A DNA stretch of 64,000 nucleotides from Entomortierella parvispora E1425 (taxonomy: Eukaryota; Fungi; Mortierellomycota): the NCBI GenBank assembly GCA_020891255.1, contig BQFW01000013.1, forward strand, positions 682,001-746,000, in the 5' to 3' direction. The translations under genes were made by a program, and so were the position numbers. Below the pieces are notes generated by a model. It was not told where the DNA came from. It was given only the letters and a program-made list of their open reading frames with translations, and ran no database searches. Shown here in pieces: positions 34,652 through 45,157 of the stretch; positions within the stretch are counted from its first letter, which is position 1; every line of letters begins with the position of its first letter.

Positions 34652-37600
34652 ATGGGTGTCGTCAAAGCCTTCGAGACGCTCAAAGACTGTGAGGCAGTCA
34701 AGAGAGTCGACGTCAAGTCCCTTGGTGGGTGCCACATTGATGGCTCAGCCGTCTCTTACATGAGACTCAAATCGACTGAAGGACGTCTCCTCCTACGCGC
34801 TCTGAAGACCCAAGCAAAGAAAGGAACCATTGCTACAACGGCCTCCCTGCTCCCGCTTGGTCGATGGGTTGGAGGACTGTGGTCCTTTCCTGTCCCTGTC
34901 TCGGATTATGGGTCAATCCACTTGGGTATGTCTCCTTTCCACCCGAGCACAGCATCAACCTCTAGCAACAATCCACCGATCAACAATGCTGCCCTGCAAC
35001 TGTCCCCGTTGCCATCCACATCGCCTTCTTTTGGCCCAGTCTCGTCTTTGCAGGATTCAGCCTCAACATCGGATACACTTCCTGACTTCTCTGACCTGCA
35101 TAATGCACGTATGGAAGCTTGGCCGCTCCTTACCAGATCCATGGACCGCATGTTTAATACACATTACAACAAGTCGGCAGACTTTATCCACTACGATGGC
35201 GGACCCACCGTGCAGAAGGCCTTTGCACATGATCGACGGCTGAAGGCCAATGAAAAGGCATCGATCAAGATGTCTGAGCTTCTTGCCTCTACTGACGTAC
35301 GACTTTCTGTGATGGAGTCAAAGTCAACTCTTTCGAACAAACAATTGTCTCGGCTTAAAAGGCACCTCAACTGTGTTGTTTTCCCCCATTGGATGAAATG
35401 CCGTGGGGTGGATCCTCGGGCTACCGTCTTTGTCTCTCGTGAACTTCACACGTCCCATGGATGGAAGTCCCATATATGCCACGGCCAATTTGATATATGT
35501 GCAGGAAAATTGGCTAAAAAGGACCCAAACATCACCGTTGTCACCACTGACAGTGACCTGCTATTCAGTGGAGTCAAAGAGTGTGTCCGAATTCAGCTCA
35601 GGGGCACCAGCTTTTACTCATACCCGATTGAGGGCATCTTAGCCCACTGTAAGCTCCACTCCCATGAGCAATGGGTGGCAGCGGCGGTCGTTAGTCTCAA
35701 CGACTATGATCCTAGTGTTGGGAGGACATCGTTTAAGACTGCGGTCAAGGAGATGGAAAAACTCCACAAAACTTTTCCCCGCAACTGTCGCACCAATCTC
35801 AAAGCCAAGGATTATGTTAAAGAGTTCTGCAAAGGCAAACATGTCGACATCAACTCGGTCGAAAGGTCCTTGGAGAGTTTTGTCGATTTGCTTGAGACCC
35901 CTGTTGAGCAGCTCAATCCGCAAAATGATGTACTCGATGACTCGATACGTAGGATCGTGTACCGAGTGGAGATGCTGACACAACGGTAAGAATGCAATAC
36001 AGAATTGACCTGTTTGCCGGATATGGCACTCATTAAATCAATCATATTCCCTTCGCCACTGCACTAGCTGTCGTTCGTCACGCAGGCGTCCAACAAGCAG
36101 CGAGCCAATCTCATCGTTGGCCACGTTGGAAGTTGACGACCTTCGGCCTGTATCTTTATCAAAGCGAGGAAAGAGGGAACGTCGTCCAGGGTAAGTTCGA
36201 CGAGCCAGAGACTAGCTGGATCGAAAGGCCTGGCACAAAGCTGACAAACTCTCATTATTTCTGCAGATTTCGTGGATACATCTCTGGTCATGTCTTTCGT
36301 CAGAAGGCCTTCGCCCCTGTCTTCACTCATCCAGACAAAAATACAGACCCCATCGGTTGCAAGAACATGACCATTGGTCGGCCTGTTCCTGGAGCTCCGG
36401 TCTTGGTGGCCGATGAAGAAGATGACTTTCCGGACGATGACGATCCCAAGAGTCCCATGCCTGCGCCAGTGCCTGCCCCCGCGCCTTCTCCCGCGTCAGC
36501 TTCTAAGCCTACTCTCAAGCCTGCCCCGGAGAAAACCACAGCGCTTACTACCGGAAAAGCATCCAAAAAGAGGGCAAGAGCAGCTATCGTTTTTGCTCCT
36601 GCCAAGAGGCGTAACCGAGACGCAGAAATGAAACAGCGGGAGGACACAAAGGCAAAGGCAAATGTTCAGCAAGGAGAGGAAGTGCAGGCAGAGGACGAAA
36701 AAAAGCGACGAATGACAAACCCCACCAATATGATTGGCGATGTTGTCGCGTCTCGATGCCAAATGGCCGCTATGAGGCCAGGACGACTAGAATCGTGTCT
36801 ACGATACAGTCTCAAGAACTCATTCCCAATGCTCTCTAAAGAGCAGCACGAGCTTCTATTGAGGCACATCACCGGCATCATTCGCACGTTGGCCAGGGTC
36901 CACTCTGATCTGTTGCGAGAAGGCCTCTTGGTGACAGAGCTTTACATTGCCAGCGTCTTCAAGGAATTCCCAGTCGTGGACGGTGACCTTGGGCAAGATC
37001 ACGCCGGAGAGAGAAGTGGCTTGTTTAACAACATCCTGTTGAAGAAACATCGCGACCCCTTCTTCCAACGGCTTCTGAAGCGACTGCTCAAGTGGGACTG
37101 GGATTCCAACAGCACAAATGCCACAAGTCAAGGCTCCATGGCCGCCGACAAAATTTTTGATGATTATTTCAAGCTCACCCAAAGCCAGCGCAAAGAGGCA
37201 CCTTTCAAAAAAGAGGACCAGGACATTTGCGATAAAACATTTGTTGAACAGTGCGCAAGAACACTCTCGGATATGGTGGGGGAACACGTATTCAAGTACA
37301 CCCTGGAGCTGAAATCGAGAGTAAGCCATCATCGAACAAAACTATCGTTGCTCGAAACTCTGGCAAATTGATCTTTTCGTTTAATAACGTGTTTATTTCG
37401 ATTGCTGGTGGTCCTAGGTCATCCTTCATAACCCTTCTTGGTCTTCATCAGCCCGAGGAAAAAAATTTCTCGACTCCGTCAACGAGAAAGGAGTCTCATT
37501 GATGCACGACCGGTTGAGCCTGCATGCAATAATGAACTGGTTGATTCCTGCTGGAGCCCAGATCAAGATTCTGCCCCAAGTCGGATTCACGGATGGTTTT

Positions 37601-39782
37601 TTTGCATTAACGGAGCGCCAGCTGGTGAGCTGCATCTTGAAAGGCATCCGAGTGGCTAATCCGATGTATCGCACCCTCAACAAGGTGTTCGGGAATAAGG
37701 GAGGGGCGGAAAAAAACACACAGGACGAGGTCGGGAGATTGTCTTTTTTCCTCTTCCTCAACGGCCGCAACACATGTTATCGACAAGGGACCAACGTACT
37801 TTGGGCCAAAGACTACTCAGGCACTTCGTCCTCGAACCCTCTACCGACTTTACAGCAGTTACCGCTCCGAGATATGATGTTCTTCGAGTCTGACGCAATT
37901 GCAGAATTCGAGCAAGCTTCCGAGGGTTTGGGTACCAACGCCAACGCTCCTGGGTATGAAGACCTCAAAAAAATACTCAAGGATGTTATTGGTAAAGGGA
38001 TCCATAGCCCAGAGCATTATCAGCACCTGATTGACATTGCGGCTCCCAAAGTCAAGCGGCCAAAATACGTCCTCACTGGAGACATATCCACCAACGGCTA
38101 CGACCTGCGTGTTATGGCGTACAAGTTGACTGAGAAGAAGCGTAGAGCTCTGCCAGCGGCTTCTTCTACTCCGAACGTTGCTGACCCTGCCACCTCGTCT
38201 CTGTTGGCAATTGAAGTCGGTGCGAATGCCTCTAGCGAATTGTTCACCGATCCTGACCTCATCTCAAGAACACCTGCTCTGGATCTACCTCCATCCGTGG
38301 AAGGGCAGTCATCGAGCGAAATGCTGCCGTCCGTGTCAATGCCAGATGTCGCTTCAACGGCTGCGCCTGCCTGGTCAACAGCCCCTTCCATTGAAGGGTG
38401 GCCATACGTTGCAGAAGCGTTCAACTCCCAAGAGAAAATCAACAAGCTCTACCGAGACAATGCTGGACCTCAGACCGGTATCCGGGTCCTCTGTCTAGAC
38501 CCCGGGGTTGCATGTACAGCCACGGGCACACTTGTCCACTCCAATTATCCAGAAGTCGCCATCAACCTGACTATCCCTCGCGGCTCCCGAGATATCATCG
38601 ACAATAGGTATCGAAAGGAACAGAGTGCTCGTAAGATTAAGGAGGGTATTCCGGATATCGAGGCAAGGCTAGTGGCATTGAAGCCTGTTGAGGCGAGGCT
38701 GGTGCTTGTTAAGCCTACTGACGTCAAGACAACCGATCCCAACAACTTGGACCAAGGTATGAAGGACGTGCCAGTCGCTGCCAGTGTGAAGAAGGACACA
38801 GATTCCTTGAACACAGCGATGAAAGCAGCGGTGCATGAATATGAAGAAACTGTCAAAGCCCATATCATCAGCCAAGCAAAGGAGTCCTCCGCCCTCCGCA
38901 ACTTCTACGGTACCAAGAAGTTCAAGAGGGACAAGTACGACTACCGAGAAGCCATTCGCCATGATCTCGACAAGTCCTCGACGGCTATTCTCAATATGAG
39001 ACACTGCGTTCCTCATCCCCAAGCAACAGATGCCGATCTGTTGTCTATAATCTCTGCTGTGCAAGAGGATTTCGAAGGAGCCAGGCATACAGTCTCAAAG
39101 CTTCCGAGGGGCAAGCAGTTCGACTGGAACTCATATTCTAGAGTCATGGATAATGCAGACCGGTTGCAGGGGGATGAACGCAGCACGTTCTTGGCATCCG
39201 CTAACGCCACTAAGGATCTAGTCAAAACAGCGCAGTCCTTGTACAAGGTTGGCTACATGAGCAAGAATCAACTCTCGGATGAGGCTCGTCGAGAGTTCCT
39301 AGAATCACCACTCATTATCGGAGTTGGCGACGGCGACTATCGCAAGTGGAGGGGGCAGAGTCGGGGATGCGGACAATTGATAAAAAACTTGATCAGACAG
39401 GTAAATAAGTGTTGTCGCTCTTGTGTTGTGTAAAACTATAATGTCGATTCTAACCAAAAAGTTTCTATGGTATGATTAGAAGCGGGACCTCGTGAAGGAT
39501 CTTGCCAGGGGCAACACAAAGTCTCCTGTTATCGAACTGGTCAAAATTCCCGAATTCAGGACCTCAGTCTTTTGCTGCTCGTGTTTATTCCGCGGAAAAG
39601 AGGAAGGCCGATCCATCGTTTGTAAAGAGTGCGACAAGAGTCGCGATCGAGACCATAATTCCGCAACCAACATGTCGAACGCAGTGCTAAACTTACTACG
39701 CGGAGAAGAGTGGCCTGCTCCACTTGATTTTGCAAAAGCAAAGTTCGTCGACAAGTTTTCAACAACGACGCTTGAAGTATGA
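34652..39782 (+). CDS. XPG/FEN1-like (PIN) nuclease fused to Fanzor1 (TnpB-like RuvC) endonuclease, 1598 aa; exons 34652-35985, 36068-36190, 36267-37320, 37418-39400, 39480-39782
   Basis: Four GT-AG introns give a 4797-nt uninterrupted frame. N-terminal motifs: MGV, HIDGS, HYDG, GQFD, TTDSDLL, LNDY. C-terminal motifs: ISTNGY (Fanzor1 TDG-like), LCLDPG, IIGVGDG, IPEFRTS, CCSC...CKEC, RDRDHNSATNM. Confidence 0.88.
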
Positions 39783-39916
39783 CTTCAAGCCTGGGTATCC
39801 CCCTTACGGTGTAAGTCTACAAGCCATTCTGCAAAATCAGTCTTCAATTTCTGTTTACTAATTAAGGGTGACTTATGCTGCGACTAGGTGACAGACACTG
39901 TAGTCTGAATCTGTTC
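39783..39916 (+). ncRNA. Candidate omega-RNA (Fanzor guide scaffold) region
   Basis: Position directly 3' of a Fanzor ORF, where omega-RNAs are known to lie. Short complementary segments seen: CTTAC/GTAAG, CCCTTA/TAAGGG, TAAGTC/GACTTA, CAGAC/GTCTG. Not validated by folding or covariation. Confidence 0.35.
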
Positions 39917-40059
39917 CGTCCTTCTCCCCACACCCTTCTTTCAGTCTAAGTTTTTTTTTCTGAAAACGAGCGAACAGCGCGAATGTCGCCTGAGATGTAA
40001 TAAACCGTCGAGTGCTTCCCCCTCTTTATTGTATGCCCTTTAGTATTATTATATCGTGG

Positions 40060-40137
40060 TTAGTTGGGGCCATCGATCAAGACGAATGCCTATCCAAGAG
40101 AAAAACGACTTGTGTCAGTTCTCATTCTGCAATCGTT

Positions 40138-40175
<38 letters not shown>

Positions 40176-40611
40176 AAGCACAAGAAAGCAATGCTACTCG
40201 TACGGGTGGTTCCCTGGCACCATAGATGGATGTAATCTTTGGGATCATCTGCATGTAGTGCATCATCTCACTCCAAGGGCAGGCGACGCCGGGGTCCAAG
40301 CACTTGTCCCAGAGCGTTGCCCTGTAGTGGATGATATCCCACATCAGGGAGACCATACACTCAAACACAGCAGGCTCCTCCACGCGCATCTGCCCTATTG
40401 TCTGGTAGACTTTTTTGCCATGGATCAAACTGTCGAGCCCGGTCAATTGGGTGGGCGTCAAGGTGGTGCAGTTGGTCACCTGGGGGATCGCATTCTGGAT
40501 ACACTTATGGCAGTTGGGAGATTGAGCAGAGACAAGGATGGAGAGGAGAGAGAGAAGGGTGAGACAGGACAGGGCGAGTGCCTTGAAGCTGATAAAAGTG
40601 CTTGGACGCAT
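40060..40611 (-). CDS. Small secreted Cys-containing protein (145 aa); exons 40611-40204, 40089-40060
   Basis: Signal peptide ending VSA-Q and 6 Cys in the mature part. GTACGA...TAG intron containing a microsatellite. Confidence 0.8.
40139..40170. repeat. (AC)16 microsatellite
   Basis: Read directly; lies in the intron of the gene above. Confidence 0.95.
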
Positions 40612-41078
40612 GGTCGGCGCAAAAAAAATTCGTATGTTTGTTCAGAGAGAAGACGGAAGGATGGGGATGGACGTAGTATGCAGATGAATGATGAATGCAG
40701 TGGAGATTGAGATGTGAATGTGATGCGGGAGACAAGTGATCAGTGTTGTTCCCCTCCCTCTGGTTTCGCAAGACAGGAAAGTAGCACCCTTGGACCGACC
40801 GACTGGAACAGAATCTCTTCTCTAGAAGGTCCGCGATATCTTTTTTTACAAAGTCGCGCTGCAAATCGTCAGCCTAGAAGCCGCAGAGGGCCAGATTGAA
40901 ATTGTCCGCTTGGGGCGTCATGACTGCTTGGACTGGGCTCAGTTGTTTTCGCCTCAATGTTCAAGACAAGACCCTTCCAGGGGTTGGAAGTCAAGTCCGT
41001 TCAACTACTTGCCTTTTTTAATTGTTGCATCGAGATCCTACATATCTGTAATGTGTTTTGCTCGCGGATATCATCTTC

Positions 41079-43122
41079 CTAAGCAGACGCCAGCTTGACG
41101 CTTGCTATCGCTGCTTCATCCAGATCGTCCCTCAAGGTCAGGTTGAGTCCAGAGCGTCGGAGGCATTCCTTGGCCTCTGCAACTTGGTTGCCCTGTAGAC
41201 GCACAACAATTGGCACCTTGATCTTGGGCCCCTCTGTCAGGGCCGTCACCATTCCTTCTGCGATCGTGAGGCAACTGGCAATGCCACCAAAGATGTTCAC
41301 GAGGATCGTCTTGACATTCTTGTCCTCTGTGAGAATCTTGAACGCTTGACCGACTTGCTTGGACGTGACTCCACCACCGACATCCAGAAAATTAGCGGGT
41401 GAAGCGCCATGTAGCTTGATAATGTCCATCGTGGCCAATGCCAGACCTGCTCCATTCACTAGATATGACAACCATTGGCCCGAGTATACACAATTAATGT
41501 CGCGCACAAAGGCAATATGCCAGGGCAGTCGGAGCTCAAGAGGACTTACCAAGGCATCCAATGTTTCCCTCCATACCAACGTAGTTAAGACCGCAATCTT
41601 CTGCCTCAACTTCGCGTGGATTCTCCTCAGTGGTGTCACGCATCACCTGTAGCTCTGGGTGCTTGAATGCTGCGTTGTCATCGAAGGAGATCTTTGCATC
41701 GAAGCAAACCACTATAGGCCAAATATAACACAAGATCAGTCGGGGTTGTTGAAGTCAAAGGTGCATCGGTTGGAAGGCACTGTACCCTGATTCTGAGGTG
41801 TAAGACCAAAGGGGTTGATCTCCACCTGCACTGCATCCACATCCAAAAACAGCTGGTAGAGGTTCTGCATCTGCTCAGAGGCTTCAGCAACGGCTTTGCC
41901 TTTGAACCCAAGTTTCATGGCCATATCGAGAGTTTGTTTTTCTGTTGGACCAGAATCGATGTCGATGACGCTCTGTATGTTCATATAAGTCATCGTTTAG
42001 GTAGATGTCGTCGCAAAATTGTATCTACACCTCTCTTGTTGTCGATTATTGCAGTAATTCATTACCTTAAAAATGTGATCAGGGTTGGTGGCAGCAACTT
42101 GTTCAATATCAACACCTCCATCAGGACTGCCGACCATAACAGGGCCACCGCTGTCGCGATCCATCAGAATGGCAAAGTATGTTTCCTTTGCAATGTCCAA
42201 TGCCTCTGCGATCATCACCTATTACCAATAGCATCGTTATATAAGACGAATGTTCATGAGTCAATCGAGAAGCCCGGTGCTGAGTATATTACCTTGGAAA
42301 CGAGAACGCCATCTTCACCTGTTTGCTTTGTCTTCAGTTTGTATCCAAGCATCTGCTCGACCAAATAAGGCACCTTTGTGGGACTGAAAAGAGGCAACGG
42401 CAACATAAGTAAAGGTCCCGTTCATCCTGCTTGTATGTACCGTTTGCACTTACTCCTTTGTCAGATGGACACCGCTCTTGAGACCGCTTGAGAATTCTCC
42501 TTTGCCTCTTCCTCCAGCGTGAATTTGGGCCTTGATTACAATTTCGTGCGCCTCTACAACGTTCATACAGAAAGACTCCTCGCAGTTAGAAAAAAAAATG
42601 CTCTCGAAGATTTCCCTTGCACTTGTACTCCCAAAGAAACATATGTCTCGTGGGTGATATGATGCCATGCAAGGCAGACAGAGCATGGCCCGTGAGAATA
42701 ATGAAAAGAAAGAGCAATTTCCTAGTCCTTTTTTCTCGGATAAAAGAGGCCCCAGAAACACAGACGTCAATTCCGAAGCAATCCTTGAGCTAAAAATGAC
42801 CTCATGCAACGTACTTAATCCAACGGCGGCATTCTTGGCCTGATCGACAGTCTCGGCAATGGCAAAGCGCTGGACGTTGATGTTGTGCTTGGCCATCAAC
42901 TGCTTGGATTGATACTCGTGAAGGTTCAAGTGCCGAATCTGGCTGGCCATTAATGCTTTCGCTGGCAGCAGCGGGAGCTTTAATTTTTTTTGTGGAGACA
43001 AAGTCAACGGAATGCATGTCAATAAAAATCCCACGCCTTTCCATTACGCTCATGAGTAGCGACTGGGGGTCAAAGTGGCAATGCCTTGGTACCTGTCGTT
43101 GCATGAGAGCTGACTGCGACAT
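41079..43122 (-). CDS. LSC2: Succinyl-CoA ligase beta subunit, mitochondrial (421 aa, 8 exons); resembles the GDP-forming SUCLG2 type
   Basis: Motifs [75 protein letters not shown] and IVVRLQG. Spliced length 1266 nt is in frame. Confidence 0.96.
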
Positions 43123-43508
43123 TCCCAAGAAGGGAAGGGTTTTTTTGATAGTTTGTCTGTACATGCTGAGCGGTGTTTCCTGTTTCAGCCAACCTTGAGT
43201 TGAAGAGTGGGGAGTATGAGTGTGGGCAGGGTGGAGAATAGGGATAACAAGAGAAAGAGGGGAAGAGGGCAAAAGTGTTTGAGTGACAAGAAAGGAGACC
43301 TCGTCGAGGTCGCCCCGTGCGTTCTATGGGAAAAAAAGTCTTTCCCTTCCAGGCCATGTCACGAGAGTCCAACATGCCTCCCCCACAACCCACTTTCCGA
43401 ACCTCGGAGGTCCGTTCGCGCCTGTCTCTTGTTTTCTTCATTGGATGGTTTGTTTCCTTATTTCTAGTCTTCTGTATTCGTGCTTCTATTGCGGGAGTGT
43501 TCTCTTCA

Positions 43509-44748
43509 TTACGACCGATGAGAGACGACAAAAGAGTCGGGAACCATACCATCCGTGTTGTTACTGGCATTTGAGTGGTTCACGTAGGGGTCAATGTAAT
43601 CCACGGGCATCTTGTCTACCTCACGGGACATCAGTAGCCTGCTCGCCAACAGCACAAACGTGGCCGAGATGAAGATGGCAACTACAAATACGTTAAAGAT
43701 ATTCATTCGTCAGTAACAGGCCATAACGAGTTTCCATATAATATAAGAGCTCCATGGCATTTCCTTACCCATTCCTTTGCGTGTTGTTTCCCACTTGGCA
43801 GCCTCCATCTTGGTCCTCATATCACCCAGCTGAGCCATGTAATGGTTGCTCATGGATTGGATCCGGATCTCCAACGCCTTTTGTTCTTCACGCACATCAC
43901 TCTTGCGACTGTTCATATCGATGGCTATGTCATTCTTTACATTGGCGATATCCTCTCGCAGCTTTTGGTTTAGAGAATCAATCTCCCGCGAAATAATCTC
44001 TGTCCTGATGGCTAACGCCGCCGCATCGTTCTTTCTCAAAATCTGAAGTTCCGTCCGAAGTTCTGTCAACGCTGCCTTGAATAAATATGACTCATTGCCA
44101 AGGTCCGCAGTGGTCAACATGCTCTTCCTGATCCTTGAGGTACTGCAATGACAAAAAAGACAAGATGATAAATTTGGTGTTAATCGAATGGCACCATTGC
44201 AGAGTGCCTTTCCACGAGGTTACTAAAGTAACGTACTGTTGTCCAATGAGGGCCTTAATTCCGCGCATGATACCCTCGGCCTGGCCTCTCTGGAATCCGT
44301 TCTTTTCCAGCTTTGAGACGATTTTGTTTGTGTTGAAGTTGTGGTTTGTGATGATCGAACGACGAAAGAGGACAGATGGCAAGCTGGCAGAGTTCCGGAA
44401 GAGCTGGGTATAGTGCGTAGGGGCAGAGAGCAAAGGGAAGCCAGCCGATCCTGAGGATCCAGTCAGATCAAGACGACTCCTGATGGATGAGGGAGTGATG
44501 ATGTCCGATTGTGATGCAGCATCCTCCTGAACATGATTGCCACTGCTGCTTGATGTATGCTTGTAGCGTGACGCGATGGAATGGGTGCATCGCTGGTCCA
44601 GATGAACTTGTTTCAAAAGTGAGGACGTGCCTAGTTGGGACGAGAGTGCATAGGTTAGCCTCTAGCACGCAATTGTGAGATGAAGACAAAGGAGCAGCCT
44701 GGGCAGGCAATTACCTTTGCAGAGGAGCTGATTCCTTGAGGTGGCCAT
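43509..44748 (-). CDS. DUF1640/CCDC90 (MCUR1/Put6-Put7-like) mitochondrial coiled-coil protein (324 aa, 4 exons)
   Basis: Head motif FNTNKIVSKLEKNGFQRGQAEGIM, long coiled coil, KWETTRK then a TM segment. Splice model is in frame. Confidence 0.88.
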
Positions 44749-45157
44749 GGGAGGGTGATGACGGGAAGTGAGTTGTGAAGAATGAAAGACAGATGGAAGG
44801 AAAGGCACCATGCGCGTCCCTGCCTTCAGCTTCACACATAAAATAAACAGTCACGCGAGCCTGGAGGAGCCTGGAGGGGCGGTGCCAACCTGCTGGCGAC
44901 TGGCAACTGCAGCCCATCCGGGAACCACCTCGGCAGCTGCGCCGGGTATCAAGGGCAGGTCGGATCGGATATGGTGCTCGTGTTGGGCAAGAGCCGAGGA
45001 TTCCTCTCTACTATTATATGGTCTACTTTCTGTCGACTCGTGACTTCTTTCGCCCATGGTGCTGCTGGTCAGCCTGCTTGCCCCCTCTTCTTCTCTTTCA
45101 CTCTCCCCTCATTCCTCCCCATCCCATACACTTGCTCCACTCACTCAACACCCTACT

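Larger units (their letters stand above)
34328..39937 (+). mobile_element. Candidate Fanzor-carrying element without a transposase; boundaries provisional
   Basis: Occupies the whole gap between the RPEL gene and the convergent gene at 40060. Has an 8-bp inverted pair AAGGGTGT (34328-34335) / ACACCCTT (39930-39937) flanked by CTT on both sides. An alternative boundary pair is the TTAAGGGTG direct repeat at 34326 and 39862. Confidence 0.4.

Noticed and set aside
36000-37500. Apparent stop codons and frame changes in the ORF track suggesting a pseudogene or several genes
   Set aside because: All are resolved by canonical GT-AG introns giving one 4797-nt frame.
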